Positions 19,954 to 31,541 of a DNA stretch of 64,000 nucleotides are shown one piece after another; position 1 is the stretch's first letter, and each line of letters opens with the position of its first letter. The notes below the pieces were generated by a model. It saw only the letters and a list, made by a program, of their open reading frames with translations. It searched no databases and was not told the origin of the DNA. Origin of the DNA: a virus (Duplodnaviria > Caudoviricetes). Both the position numbers and the translations under genes were made by a program. The stretch lies in the IMG/VR virus record IMGVR_UViG_2939702853_000004, positions 37,038 through 101,037 of that record. One strand, given 5' to 3'.

Positions 19954-20261
19954 TATCTTTCACCGCGTAAGTATTCAAAATATTCTTGTATTATGTTTTC
20001 TATGCAAGGAAGTCCACCTTCTAAGTTGCCCAGATTAGAGCTGATCCCTCCAAGAAAATATTCCTGCAAGGCACATCTCGCTCTCATGTTTTTTAGTTCG
20101 TTTAATGCTCTACTAATCAACATATCATCATCTTCAGGAGTTGCAGGAATCTTAAGTGCGCTACTTCTATTAATCAGTCTACTTAACGCTGATTGCGCTT
20201 CTACCAGATTAACCGGGTCATTATACTGTTTGTCAAACTCTTCTTGCGTCATTCCTATCAC
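19953..20261 (-). CDS. hypothetical phage protein
   Basis: ORF; stop coupled to the start of the next gene. Confidence 0.6.
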   Translation of the reverse strand: MIGMTQEEFDKQYNDPVNLVEAQSALSRLINRSSALKIPATPEDDDMLISRALNELKNMRARCALQEYFLGGISSNLGNLEGGLPCIENIIQEYFEYLRGER

Positions 20262-20951
20262 TCCCCATATATATCATTCTTAATCAAACACGCATTTTAT
20301 AATGATTGTTTCTTCTGATTTATATATTCTTGATATATATCTTCAAAAGCTTCATCTTCTTGCTTCCACAAAGTTTCTGAGACATCTATTCCATATCCAG
20401 CGTTACATCCTTGTCGAAAAAAATAGTAACACAACTGCCTGAATTCATCGTTTTTTTTATGTAGGGCATGATTTATGGCTCCCACTTATATAATTCGTGG
20501 TTATCTTCTACCAACCTGTAAAAGTAAGAACTGTCATCGCCAGAATATTTTTGGTTAAGGAAATCGACAATTGCTTTTCCATAGTAATCGCTCACATTCT
20601 TACACACTAAAGTATCACTTGCGTTTTCTCTGTTGAAATTATCGCGACTTTAATTATCTTTATTTTTTTGCTCTTCTCCTCTTCCTTATAAAACAGACCT
20701 TTTATCTACATCCACCAGTATCGTCTCCACCAAAATAATCGGGGTAAGCAACTGTTATATCTACTTCTTCGGCAATTCGATAAACTTTAAAGTTTCCAAA
20801 TTTAGCATTCTTCACTTGTTGAACTCGCGTTACAACAGATTCAGCATCAACTATTTCACAAACCTTAGTTACGCCAATATCACCAACAATAATAAATTTC
20901 ATTTTTCATTGCTCTCCAATCTATGTAATCTTAATAAAAGAACTCATTTAG

Positions 20952-21317
20952 CTAATTTCTATGATCGATTGTCCAAACAACTTCCTTGTGGTTATTACTT
21001 TGAGATTGAAATTTCCATCCATTGTTCGTCATCTCTAGAGCATGATTAAGATATTCTTCATAATTCTCATATTCATAACTTTTAATTTCATACAAAAGTT
21101 TTGGCAAAATACCTTCCTCCTCTATACTTTCATATTTTAATTGTGCAACTTCACAATGATTAGCTTCTTTGTTGACCATCGACTCTGGAACTAAGTATCC
21201 CCTGCAAATCGGACATTTGTCATAATCAACTACCCATTTCTCTCCACAGCCTTCATAGTGAGATAGATGAAATAAATGTCTCTTGGGTACTCCAATACAT
21301 TGATACATTTTACTCAC
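20952..21317 (-). CDS. hypothetical Zn-binding phage protein
   Basis: CPIC motif; downstream of sigmaA promoter. Confidence 0.6.
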   Translation of the reverse strand: MSKMYQCIGVPKRHLFHLSHYEGCGEKWVVDYDKCPICRGYLVPESMVNKEANHCEVAQLKYESIEEEGILPKLLYEIKSYEYENYEEYLNHALEMTNNGWKFQSQSNNHKEVVWTIDHRN

Positions 21318-21354
21318 CTCTTTTCTGAATTGTTATGTATCTTTCCATAAATCA

Positions 21355-21402
21355 ATTATAGCATCCATCTTATTATATATCAATTAATTTAATTATTTTT
21401 GT
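21355..21402 (-). promoter_or_regulatory. sigmaA promoter (TTGATA-17-TATAAT) with upstream ACAAAAATAATTAAA motif
   Basis: Direct sequence match. Confidence 0.7.
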
Positions 21403-21412
21403 TTATTAAAAT

Positions 21413-21435
21413 AAAAAACCTCCATTATAGGAGGC
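21413..21435 (-). terminator. intrinsic terminator after Gp157-like gene
   Basis: CCTCC/GGAGG stem with U-tract on minus strand. Confidence 0.6.
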
Positions 21436-21440
21436 TTGCA

Positions 21441-21953
21441 CTAACTTATACGCAAATGCTTTTTATCTGTTACTAATTCAACACCGTCAATAACTTCACC
21501 CTGTTTTACAGCAGCCAATAATCCCTTGGTGTCAATCTTATCGGGTTGTGGGATTCTATATATATTTGGAATAGCTTTTTCATTCACAATATTAATGGAT
21601 GGAGGATTCTTTTGTAATCTAACCTTAAATAGACCTGCGTCTATCTTGTCAATCTTATTTACTTCTAATACAGCTTGAGTATAGCTCTTTAATCCTTCTA
21701 CTTTGTTCTGAAGGTATTTGCGTTTTTTAGCTAAACGATCCTCTTCTTCTTTTAAGGCTTTGATATCTCCCTCGATGTTTTTCATGAACTTAGCGATATT
21801 CTCTGCCTTATTACTAATCTCGTCTTCAATAGATTCTAGTGTCTCAATGTACAATTGCAAATCATCTTCCGTTAAATCGTCGTTATCCCAAGCGGAATCT
21901 ACAAAATTGTTAAATACTCTATATTGTTTCCCAAGCTCATATAACTTACTCAT
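21441..21953 (-). CDS. siphovirus Gp157 family protein
   Basis: MSKLYEL...KAENIAKFMKNIEGD...LQKNPPS...IDGVEL...HLRI. Confidence 0.85.
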   Translation of the reverse strand: MSKLYELGKQYRVFNNFVDSAWDNDDLTEDDLQLYIETLESIEDEISNKAENIAKFMKNIEGDIKALKEEEDRLAKKRKYLQNKVEGLKSYTQAVLEVNKIDKIDAGLFKVRLQKNPPSINIVNEKAIPNIYRIPQPDKIDTKGLLAAVKQGEVIDGVELVTDKKHLRIS

Positions 21954-21995
21954 TCTATCTCATCCTTCTATATGTATTATGGTAAAATCTATGTT

Positions 21996-22340
21996 TTACT
22001 CAGACCATTCAATCTTATTATTTTTATACTTCTGCATCTCGTCATTTAATTCCCATGCCACATCTTTTACGATGCCTTTAATGTTGTATACATTTGTCAT
22101 TCTTTCAATCCTCAGCATTTGATAGTGACACATACTAATCAATTTCTCTAAATGTGCTACTTTATCTTCAAATTTAAAACCATGAGAGAAAAATCGTTTA
22201 TCTTTAGCAATAGTCCATTCACCATCATCTTCATCAAAATAAATTAAGATTTCCGTGTTAGGATGGTATTCATTTTGAAGGATATCCTTCACGATATTGC
22301 TTACCTCTTCCTTGTCACTGGTGCATGTTTGATAGCTCAT
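21996..22340 (-). CDS. hypothetical phage protein
   Basis: ORF with RBS; stop codon inside site 21983. Confidence 0.65.
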   Translation of the reverse strand: MSYQTCTSDKEEVSNIVKDILQNEYHPNTEILIYFDEDDGEWTIAKDKRFFSHGFKFEDKVAHLEKLISMCHYQMLRIERMTNVYNIKGIVKDVAWELNDEMQKYKNNKIEWSE

Positions 22341-22549
22341 TTATTTTCTCCTCTAAGTAAAGTTTACATTTTATCTCGTCTTAATGCTATCCAGAATAGA
22401 ATTAATCCAATCAAAGCAAGCACATATCCTATGGGAAAGAACAAAATCGTAACAATTTTCTCTCCTCTGCTGAGACCATCAAAGATTGATTTAAACAATA
22501 ACACATTTTTGCAACTATCAAACATGTCCTGTTCAGTAAATATCAAACA

Positions 22550-22969
22550 CTATTCCTCCCATTCTAGAGCAATACATCCATATTGACTGCTTTCTTTAAG
22601 TACACAACCTTCAGGTGTGCAGGTCATTAGTTTATTGATGTGATCTTGTTTGTCGTGTAGTCTGATTGATTTGTCTTTGACACTAAAATGTACCGTTCTC
22701 TTTGATGGCTTACTGTCTTCGACTCCTAGAAATCCGATCCTCTCGCAACTAAGGGAATAATAGCTTCTGTCACCATATTTCTTGATACCATCGAATAGAC
22801 TTCCTTTATACGTTCCTAAGTCCTTCGAACTGCGACCCTCACAATCCCCTTCAGTTGAGAACTTCCAAATGCCATGAACATCAAAATGTTCTTGTTCCAT
22901 AGAACTGAGGAGCGCTGTCTTTTCTTCGATTTCTTTACGCAGTCTATCCATTTCACTAAATACACTCAT
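22550..22969 (-). CDS. hypothetical phage protein
   Basis: ORF with RBS. Confidence 0.65.
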   Translation of the reverse strand: MSVFSEMDRLRKEIEEKTALLSSMEQEHFDVHGIWKFSTEGDCEGRSSKDLGTYKGSLFDGIKKYGDRSYYSLSCERIGFLGVEDSKPSKRTVHFSVKDKSIRLHDKQDHINKLMTCTPEGCVLKESSQYGCIALEWEE

Positions 22970-23006
22970 TAACTCGCCTCACTTTAATCTTTGTAAAAGT
23001 CCTCTT

Positions 23007-23480
23007 TTACTTACTTCTATATGTAATCTCAACTGTCTTTTTGTATTCATCCACTCTTTGCCACTTAAAGTCTTCAACAAACTCTCTTACATTCACATAT
23101 TTATTTTGCTTCAGCATGTCAACAATCTTCTCTTGAACTTCTAGTGTCTTTTCAAACTTATAAAATGCCATCTTAGTCTTACTTCTCTTGAGAAAATAGG
23201 GAGCTGTCCCAGTTAAATAACAGTCCCTCCAGAAATGATCGTCATTTGCATATGTACAAACCAAAAACTCTACGTCACTTTTTTTATTTTGAATCAAATA
23301 CCTTGCAATATCTTCCGCAATCCATCTAACCATTTGCTCTCTGGTCATCTTACTTTTTCTTCTCTCAAACCTTTTGTTGACTTTCTCCTTTGTAAAAAAG
23401 TAGGCCAAAGGAGTCATTAGCCAATACCAAAAACTCTCCAATTTTCTTTCAAAAAATACTTTGATCTGATAAATCTTCAC
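23007..23480 (-). CDS. hypothetical phage protein
   Basis: ORF with RBS; stop codon inside site 22994. Confidence 0.65.
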   Translation of the reverse strand: MKIYQIKVFFERKLESFWYWLMTPLAYFFTKEKVNKRFERRKSKMTREQMVRWIAEDIARYLIQNKKSDVEFLVCTYANDDHFWRDCYLTGTAPYFLKRSKTKMAFYKFEKTLEVQEKIVDMLKQNKYVNVREFVEDFKWQRVDEYKKTVEITYRSK

Positions 23481-24372
23481 CTGTTCTATTTTCTCCTTTG
23501 ATCAATGATTTCAAATGTATCTCATCCACCGAAATGAGCACTTTCTAAGTAAAGTTGCGATTTGATCAGAATTTAATCTTCTCGTATGTGTTCAATCTCT
23601 ACATCATTTACTTCTTTTAATTCCCACTCTATAATTCCATCGGCATTAAATAACTCATGGTCAATCTGACCAATGATATCATCACCATGATTCAATTCTT
23701 CTTCGTCGAAAACTATGTATCCTTTAATCTCTACTTTTCTCATATTTTCTCCCTCCCTACTTCACAATCTTATCGTTTCTACATTCTTAATTGCAAAGAA
23801 TTCGGGTTGATTATTTGTCTCTTCTGTCCATCTCCAAAAAGTATCTGTTAACATTTTGCCAAGCAGCCTTTTATCTTCATCTTTAAGTTTATCAAACCAG
23901 CCATCAGCAACTTCCCCAACTTGATCATACGTTTGCTCTAATACTTCATCAAGAACGCTATGAGGTGATAAATTGATTTCTGGATTACTCAACTGCCCAA
24001 CATCAAATTCACATGCCGTATAATCTTATCAGTCAATATCCATGTTGTCTAAATATTCATCTGATGGGTTCTTAAAGAATTCTTTTCCAGCTTCGATAGC
24101 TTGCTTCTTGGTATCGTACTCTCCATCTTCGCAGTCCCAATGCTCTTTATCACCAGTGTTATACATCCACTTTCCTTTATTGCTCATAATCTTCTCCTTT
24201 TAATTGCTCAACTTTTGTTGCTATCATCCGGGTTCCGCTGGCTAATATGTAGAATATTTCTTCCAAATCTTCAAGCGAGTCACTAAAGCCTTCAGCTTCT
24301 AAGCTGACCCGATCATTTCCATCAATATTGAGAACAATTTTCTTCAATTGATCACTCCTTTGCTCCGTAAAA

Positions 24373-25062
24373 TCACGATTCTATAGCAACTGGACTGTTT
24401 GGGTAAATTCTATAATAATAATCTTCTAATATTTTTTTGCGTCCAGATATATCTTTAATTGATGCCACTAATCCAACATCTACTTGTTGTAATTTAACAA
24501 TCGCTTCCACTTGTTGATGACTCATAAAATCTCTGATTCCTTGATGTTTCTTTAGGCTATGTTTCTCTTTAAATTTTTTTGAAGTCATACCGAGCACAAT
24601 CTTATTTATCATATCTGCTTCGTTGCTGTAATGAAACGGATTCGGATCTTCGTGAGACATTTTAATCATCGATGTTAATGCTGGATATTCAATTCGTGCC
24701 AATTGTCGTTCTTGAATAAACTTTTTCATTTCGTTGAATTTCTCTATGTATTTTATTTTAAACTTTATTGCATTCTCACCTGTAAATCCCATTGCTAAAA
24801 GTGTAAATCCTTTTTCAGTCAACAAAAATTCAGGGTACTCCTTTCCTCGATCATTTTTATAGGATGATTTTATAAAATTAATGTCCCAATCTGACTCCCC
24901 AATTTTGGGGAGTGAACTTTGAATATTGGAAATGTCTCTAAGTACATGATCGTGTCGTTTTGCAAATATTTCACCAACCTTTCTACTACTTACTACTGGA
25001 ATACCATCAATTGCAGTGATTCCAAATTCGTCTCCCATAATGGTTTTTAATTTTTTACTCAA
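24373..25062 (-). CDS. Rha family phage regulatory protein
   Basis: VVSSRKVGEIFAKRHDHVLRDI...FTLLAMGFTG...FKIKYIEKFNEM. Confidence 0.9.
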   Translation of the reverse strand: MSKKLKTIMGDEFGITAIDGIPVVSSRKVGEIFAKRHDHVLRDISNIQSSLPKIGESDWDINFIKSSYKNDRGKEYPEFLLTEKGFTLLAMGFTGENAIKFKIKYIEKFNEMKKFIQERQLARIEYPALTSMIKMSHEDPNPFHYSNEADMINKIVLGMTSKKFKEKHSLKKHQGIRDFMSHQQVEAIVKLQQVDVGLVASIKDISGRKKILEDYYYRIYPNSPVAIES

Positions 25063-25094
25063 ATTCTATTTCCTTTCTATGTAAAATTCTTATT

Positions 25095-25589
25095 TTATAA
25101 AGTTATATGATTGGATCTCCACATTAAATCCATGTATCCGTCTTGACTATCAATTCCCCAATCTTCAAAAAACGACTCTACTGTTTCTTCCTTGGATATG
25201 ACTATGAATAAATCCCCAAGCTTACTTATGTATGTTTTTTGAGCTTCGTTTAAGTAGTCGCTTTTACCTTCCCACCGGACATAGATTTCATCCTTTGAAT
25301 CATCATCATACACAATATCAATAACGACAATATCGCCATTAGTAAGACGATCAAAAGTGTTTTGTTTATAGTTATTATCTTCTATAACAGATACTTGATA
25401 GTCTGTATTTGCATTTCTATTAACAACAATTGAAAAAGTGTCGCAGGTATCCATAAATCTAATGTCGCCATAATGTCGAATAATGCTTTTTTTAATATTG
25501 GTGACGCTAAAATTTCCTATGTGGTTAGCCTCAACCGATAAAGATTCACAATTTTCAAAACCAAATACGATCTCTTTTAATTTTTTCAA
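25095..25589 (-). CDS. hypothetical phage protein
   Basis: ORF with RBS; FENCE motif; stop codon inside site 25082. Confidence 0.7.
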   Translation of the reverse strand: MKKLKEIVFGFENCESLSVEANHIGNFSVTNIKKSIIRHYGDIRFMDTCDTFSIVVNRNANTDYQVSVIEDNNYKQNTFDRLTNGDIVVIDIVYDDDSKDEIYVRWEGKSDYLNEAQKTYISKLGDLFIVISKEETVESFFEDWGIDSQDGYMDLMWRSNHITL

Positions 25590-25593
25590 TTAA

Positions 25594-25872
25594 TCACTCC
25601 TTACTTTTATTGGCTCTTGCATTAGCCATCCTATTAGCAGCGGCCTGTCTCTGTTCGGGCGTCCAGTTACGTCCACTGCTTTTCTTTCGGAATGAAACCT
25701 GTTCATAATCTACTTTGTAGTATTTGTTGCCTTCTGCGTCAACCTTGTAAGCTTCAAATCCTGCTTTCTCCATTTTATTTTGAAGTTTACTTGAAGCAGA
25801 GAATATCTCCCACTCATTAGTTTCGTCATTACAAACACACACCGTTTCACGCTCAATCGCCGTATAACTCAA
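25594..25872 (-). CDS. hypothetical phage protein
   Basis: ORF with AAGGAG RBS. Confidence 0.65.
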   Translation of the reverse strand: MSYTAIERETVCVCNDETNEWEIFSASSKLQNKMEKAGFEAYKVDAEGNKYYKVDYEQVSFRKKSSGRNWTPEQRQAAANRMANARANKSKE

Positions 25873-26070
25873 TAAATATCAACTCCTTCGTTTTTATTTC
25901 AACTTCGTCTTACCCTGTTCTGCCAGTATGTAAATTTCATTGCCTACTGGATCGTATCCATATATGACTTTTATCTCTTCATTCTGTTCAACACGAATGA
26001 TCAAACTTTTACCATCTAAGTCGTCCCATTCAAAGATGGGGACATTTTTAAATAATTTCATTATTCACCT

Positions 26071-26607
26071 CTAGAAAAGGTTAATTTTATTAGTCTCATT
26101 TTGTTTTAAAATTGCTTTCTTAAGTGTATTAAAAGCTTTTCGTGCCTTCTTTGAAGTAGGGACTTCTTCGTGCAGTGCCGATACTACATGTTCAGTATTT
26201 ATCAGCTTAACTTTTTCACTTTCCGTTTTTCTACCTTCAAGAAATGCTCCTCTTAATTCAATTTCTTTCAATGCCTCATCTCTGCTCTTCTCATCATCAT
26301 ATTCAACATCTACCCAATATTCCATTATCCCATCGACTCTATGGACAACCTCTACTATTTCATGTTGATTTCCACTAATACTTATAGTTTCACCCTTGTC
26401 TAGTAACCTATGGAATTGGTCTGTTTCTTTAAGTGTAGCGAGTTCTGAGTCTTTGACTTTTTTATACCCCAAACGCCCATCATTATTCGATTTGTCATTG
26501 TATTTAAACTCTTCGTTATCTATGGAGCAACCCCACCAACTTAAAGGTTGATTTCTCTCCATATAATAAATTTTCTTAGTGATTCTAGCCTTTATAATAC
26601 TCTTCAT
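26071..26607 (-). CDS. hypothetical phage protein
   Basis: ORF with GGAGG RBS, flanked by sites. Confidence 0.7.
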   Translation of the reverse strand: MKSIIKARITKKIYYMERNQPLSWWGCSIDNEEFKYNDKSNNDGRLGYKKVKDSELATLKETDQFHRLLDKGETISISGNQHEIVEVVHRVDGIMEYWVDVEYDDEKSRDEALKEIELRGAFLEGRKTESEKVKLINTEHVVSALHEEVPTSKKARKAFNTLKKAILKQNETNKINLF

Positions 26608-26646
26608 TTAATATGTACCTCCTAGTAAAAGTTTCATTTTACTCAA

Positions 26647-27438
26647 TTAATCTTTTACATACATCTTCAATCTCTCATCAATAATTTCTATGTATTCTTC
26701 TGAAATCTCAAATCCTATGTATTTTCTATCGTTCAATAAAGCCATTTTAGCTACAGTACCGCTTCCCATGAAGGGGTCTAAGATAACATCTCCTTCATTG
26801 CTCCAACTAAGAATGTGATCTTCTGCCAACTTTTCAGGAAAAATTGCTGGATGCTTGAATGCCACTTTATCTAAAGTTGATTTTTGATGTCCATTTGCTA
26901 TTCTCCATATGTTATATCTGACTCCGTATTCCTTAAGCAAGTTTTGTTTATTATGTCTGACCTGTTCGCCATTGGCATTTCTATAATGTCCCTTAATATG
27001 CTTTTTCCCGTTGTACCACTTATTTTTTCTATCAGAAATTAAATTGGTCGTTTTAGGCTTTCCTTTTGAAAAGATAAGCATATACTCGAAAATCTGATAA
27101 TATCGATTCGTTTCAGGAAAACTAATACTATCCTTTTCGTAAATCATGGTGTCGTGTATATTGAACCCTATTTCTTTAAAGAACAAAGCCTGTTTAAAAC
27201 TTGTTCCTGTTTCACTGCCTTTATCGGTTTTATCACCAACCACCCACACCAAAACTCCACCATCTGCTGTCACTCTGTAAAGTTCACGAGCAATTTCTTC
27301 AAACTCAAACGAGTAACCCTTGTATTTTCTTAGATCATCATAAGGAGGAGAAGTGACGGTTAAAGGAATTGTTCCGTCTGGAATAAGCTTCATTCCTTGA
27401 AGACAATCCATTTTATATATTTTATTGCACTCTAGCAA
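26647..27438 (-). CDS. orphan beta-class N4/N6 DNA methyltransferase
   Basis: TSPPY motif IV before DPFMGSGT motif I; HPAIFP. Confidence 0.92.
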   Translation of the reverse strand: MLECNKIYKMDCLQGMKLIPDGTIPLTVTSPPYDDLRKYKGYSFEFEEIARELYRVTADGGVLVWVVGDKTDKGSETGTSFKQALFFKEIGFNIHDTMIYEKDSISFPETNRYYQIFEYMLIFSKGKPKTTNLISDRKNKWYNGKKHIKGHYRNANGEQVRHNKQNLLKEYGVRYNIWRIANGHQKSTLDKVAFKHPAIFPEKLAEDHILSWSNEGDVILDPFMGSGTVAKMALLNDRKYIGFEISEEYIEIIDERLKMYVKD

Positions 27439-27862
27439 TTAATCACTCCTTTGGTTGTTTAGGTAAAATGCTAACCTATTGTGATTCATATTCATGTTTT
27501 AATCTCAATCGATTATTGATATGACCACAATGTTTACATACTTTTTCGTGTGTAAACCAGCCTTTCCTCTCTATTTCAACCAAAACATATTCATGTTTAT
27601 GATTGCTTTTCTTGGTCGTCATAGCGTCCTCCTTACATCGTAAAATGCTGATTTCATCGGTATCTAACATCCATCAGTTTTTGCCTAAATGATCTGATGG
27701 GCTTCAATGCCTCCTCGATCTCCAAGACTCTTTGAATGTTTTCCTTCTTACCTTCTTGTTTTTGTAAATCTGCTAGAGCATCGATTCGTGCTCCTGTTTG
27801 AATTATTGCAGCATCCATTTCTTCTTTGGTGAAGTCTACTTTGTACATCCAAATTCTCCTTA

Positions 27863-28387
27863 TCAGATTGTTTTTCGTTCAATCAGCGTATCAAAGTCGT
27901 ACTCACTCAATATTTTCAATAATCTTTCAACTTTTGGTGCTCTCCAAGCTGTCATTGCATATGTATGTGCCTTACTTGTGTAATGGTAGTGGTTTGCTTC
28001 AATATGGCGTTTGGCTTCGTCTTTCGTCAGGAACATTGTGTTCTGTCTGATAAAGTGTTCTTGCCGCTCAGGATGGAGGCTGGCTCCTTCGTCATAGTGT
28101 TCAGCAATCCACTCGTGGGCCGTTTCCTCGCAACCGACCTCTTCTAGGGCTTCTAATGCGTCAGGCTCTAACTCATCCCTGTCCAGTATCTCTTTAAGGA
28201 AATAATTGATCTCGTAGGATTCACCGTCTTGCGGCAGGTAAACAGAGTGGCGTTCGGCATTATCATCTGAACATTCAACCCACTTGTAATCTCCTACTGT
28301 CCAGAATCGTGGAGATGCCTGACAATCATTTTCTTGAGTATTTAATTCTTGCTGTAGCTCTTTAAGAAATTTTACATCTTCGTTCAT
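27863..28387 (-). CDS. conserved hypothetical phage protein
   Basis: QASPRFW...MFLTKDEAKRHIEANHYHY...AWRAP. Confidence 0.7.
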   Translation of the reverse strand: MNEDVKFLKELQQELNTQENDCQASPRFWTVGDYKWVECSDDNAERHSVYLPQDGESYEINYFLKEILDRDELEPDALEALEEVGCEETAHEWIAEHYDEGASLHPERQEHFIRQNTMFLTKDEAKRHIEANHYHYTSKAHTYAMTAWRAPKVERLLKILSEYDFDTLIERKTI

Positions 28388-28407
28388 TCATACACTCCTT
28401 TTCTCAG

Positions 28408-28938
28408 TCAAAGATCGATTTTAAGATGCTTAGCTACTGGTGTTCGATAATCATTTTCTAATTGAATGTAAAAGTAACCAATACTCTTAACTCCTTGATC
28501 TAAATTTTGTCTGATCTCTTTTGGAAATTGTCTAGCATGAATATAAACTTTAGGGCAATATGCACAAGTAGCAAAACCAAATCCTCTAACCTTGTTCCAT
28601 TTTAAAATCTTCATTCTTAGGTATCCTTCTCTTGCATTATCCATAGCTTTAAGAATAATCGCAATGTCACTACTGAAATTTCTTAAACTATTCCTCCATA
28701 GCATTTGTTCGCATTTTTGGAAATAATTTAATTGATACGGTAATCCAAGAACAAAACCGTTAGTCAAATCAGTTATTTGTAGATCATACGCATCTTGATT
28801 ATTTTGATTCTCTTTAAAAAATTCAATTTCTCTCTTTCTTGAAGAATCAACAAAAACAAGTTCCTTGTTCTTTACCTGGGTGAAACCGTATCGTTTCCCT
28901 TCGTTTATGCACCAAATTTCAAAGTCTTCTTTATTCAT
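28408..28938 (-). CDS. protein with C-terminal cold-shock-like OB domain
   Basis: ILKWNKVRGFGF...VYIHA. Confidence 0.55.
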   Translation of the reverse strand: MNKEDFEIWCINEGKRYGFTQVKNKELVFVDSSRKREIEFFKENQNNQDAYDLQITDLTNGFVLGLPYQLNYFQKCEQMLWRNSLRNFSSDIAIILKAMDNAREGYLRMKILKWNKVRGFGFATCAYCPKVYIHARQFPKEIRQNLDQGVKSIGYFYIQLENDYRTPVAKHLKIDL

Positions 28939-29530
28939 CTAAATAGCCCTTTCTACGTAAAATATCAACTTTATCTTAATTTAACAGCGGATTTAGAACT
29001 CATACTCAGCACAATTCATAGTGATTAATATTGATTCATAATCTTGTTGTTTTTCTTTGTATATTTCGTACTTTTGTTGCAGCAGTTCAAGCCTATGTTT
29101 TGCCTCTCTACGCTCTATATCAATGTCAACTAAATATTTTTCATAATATTGTAACTGATCTTCAATAAACTTCTTTGCTGTCTCAATGCTCATTTAAAAC
29201 ACCCCAATCAACATAAATTCTTTATTTTATCTTCCTATATGTCCTTAGAATAAATATAACGCTTAATATCCCCCGTCCTTCTCCAACAGCCACTCTTTTA
29301 GTTCCACTTGGGCCTTTGCGAAAGCTAATTCAATGTCATTGCTTTGAACATGGATTATAGTCTGCCTATGCAACGGGTGGCCGATTCTGTACCCCACAGA
29401 AATACACCAATCTAAAACGTCTGAATGATATATTTCTAGCGTCCAACTTTTATGATACTTCTTTATTGAATCATAAAAGTTTATGAACTCTTCCATGATT
29501 TCCTCCTCGTTCCCCGATCAAATTCAATTT

Positions 29531-29887
29531 TCATTGGTATTTGCCGATCAATGTATTGATATCTTTAAGTACCACATTAATTTCATTTATTGCCCCCCAA
29601 ATTGAACCACCACTTGATTTAATCTCAATTTTAAACTGCTGCGGATCAGTTACTGGCTCAACTGGTGAACCATGATAAAACAATGTTCCTTTAGGAAAAG
29701 TCTCTTGATAATAAGAGTCGGTATATTCCTTTGTTAGTTCAGTCAGTCCTTTACAGCCTTTCACACGCTTTTCTTCTTTCTTACTGTGTATGTGATATCC
29801 AAGAGACTTATATTTATGAATTTCTACTAATAGTCCTTCTCTAATTCGCCAGATGTCTTTAATTTCATGAGATTGAATCTGTTCCAT
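29531..29887 (-). CDS. hypothetical phage protein
   Basis: ORF with GGAGG RBS, flanked by sites 29518 and 29900. Confidence 0.7.
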   Translation of the reverse strand: MEQIQSHEIKDIWRIREGLLVEIHKYKSLGYHIHSKKEEKRVKGCKGLTELTKEYTDSYYQETFPKGTLFYHGSPVEPVTDPQQFKIEIKSSGGSIWGAINEINVVLKDINTLIGKYQ

Positions 29888-30450
29888 TTATCCTCCTTGT
29901 AAAATACAGGTTTTACTAAATTTCTATTACTAACATCAGGTCAATATCTACGTCTATCTTTGGATCATAATTACTTAAAGTATCAAATTCTATACGATTG
30001 CCTTTTAGATATTCCAAAGCTTTATCATGTGATATCCACATGTCGTCATTATTTTTATCAATAAAAATAATATTCTTGGGCATACCTAAACCATATGCTA
30101 TCCACTTATACATTGCTCTCTACCTCACTTAAACATTCAATGAACTTTTGAACTTTTAACCCATATTCAGTTCGACTCTCCTTGGCTGCTTCAACAACCC
30201 GATTTATTTCTGTTCCCTTGCTCAATACCTGCTTAATCATCTCTTCAACGGAAGTCTCATTTATGTATTTGATCGTTTTGCTTCTACTACTCATTAATAC
30301 ACTTCCATTTTATCCTCAACAATTTGCTTTAAGTCATCAATCTTGTCTCGTAACTCTTGAAGTTCTCCATAATCAATGTCGTCAATTTCCAGATAACCAT
30401 ACAATTCTGATAATCGTTCGAAATTAAGCGGTAGCATTGGTTTACCCCCT

Positions 30451-30990
30451 TTACTCGTTTCGTTCAATTTTGATAATTTGATCTATCACATTTACAGCCT
30501 TATCGAGTTCATAGTTAATAACTTGATAATCAAATCGTTTTTTTCTAAATTTAATTCCATCTTCGTTGATTCGTTTGAGTCTTTTATCTACATCGTCACC
30601 TCGTTCAATCATTCGTTTATACCGAGTCTTCTTGTCTACTTTTAGATAAATAGTCACAAACTCAACATCAGAAACACGTTCTTTTAAGTCTTTAATCCCA
30701 TCGGGATCAACCACGTATATATCTGTGCTATAAATTTGGTCTTCAGTACTAAAGTAGTGGTTGTTATCAAAGTAGCTATAGGCTACGATTTGTTTATCAT
30801 GTTTTAATTGTTCGTACTCTTCTATGGTAGCAAAAATATGACCCCACTCACCACCATTTCTAGGCTGACGCGTTGTGTAGGACTGGAGGATATTATATCC
30901 TCGTCCTTCCAAAACTTTAGCAACTTCCGTCTTACCTGAACCCGAATATCCCATTAATAAAAACACTTTTTTCATCTGTTGTCTCCCCAT
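30451..30990 (-). CDS. guanylate-kinase-like nucleotide kinase
   Basis: GYSGSGKT P-loop, SYTTRQPR, VVDPDG. Confidence 0.85.
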   Translation of the reverse strand: MGRQQMKKVFLLMGYSGSGKTEVAKVLEGRGYNILQSYTTRQPRNGGEWGHIFATIEEYEQLKHDKQIVAYSYFDNNHYFSTEDQIYSTDIYVVDPDGIKDLKERVSDVEFVTIYLKVDKKTRYKRMIERGDDVDKRLKRINEDGIKFRKKRFDYQVINYELDKAVNVIDQIIKIERNE

Positions 30991-31454
30991 TTAATTACTC
31001 GTACTTTAATATGCTTCTTTCTACCAAACTCTCTCGCTTCATGTTCGGTTCTAACGTACACATCAATTTTCTTGCCTTTTATTAATCCACCTTTATCCTG
31101 TACAACTCTTATACCTACACCATCTATATAAACTACCGTCCCTTCAGGCAACACTCTCCAGTCAGCAGCTATTGTTTCTCCAGCCTTAGTCATCTTGCCC
31201 GAAGCGGTTCTTCCATAATCTTTACTGCTTACACTTCTGCCTTGATTGTTAGTGTAAGCTGTTAACTCAAATCGTTCCCATTTATATGTATCTTTCTTAT
31301 GCGTAACTTGTTCGATCTTATCCAACTTAGCAACCTTAATTTCTTGTTTAATGTTAGTCGTGTTTTTCATTTCTCGTACTTGATTGACGCTTTGTGCTTC
31401 AGTGTTGTTGTATACTGATAGCGCCAATAGCAGAGAGAGGATTAGCTCACCCAA
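30972..31454 (-). CDS. secreted 3D-domain cell-wall protein (YorM-like)
   Basis: Signal peptide; TAYT...TASG...IAAD...DKGGLIKGKKIDVY. Confidence 0.88.
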   Translation of the reverse strand: MGELILSLLLALSVYNNTEAQSVNQVREMKNTTNIKQEIKVAKLDKIEQVTHKKDTYKWERFELTAYTNNQGRSVSSKDYGRTASGKMTKAGETIAADWRVLPEGTVVYIDGVGIRVVQDKGGLIKGKKIDVYVRTEHEAREFGRKKHIKVRVIKWGDNR

Positions 31455-31541
31455 CGTATCACGCTCCCGTTTTATTTTGAAGCCCCACTATTACAGTGAG
31501 GCTCTATTCTGATAAACTCTGTCTTTGATTAACTCTATGTA

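Noticed and set aside
26647-27438. Restriction-modification system
   Set aside because: No adjacent endonuclease; orphan methyltransferases are ordinary in SPbeta-like phages.
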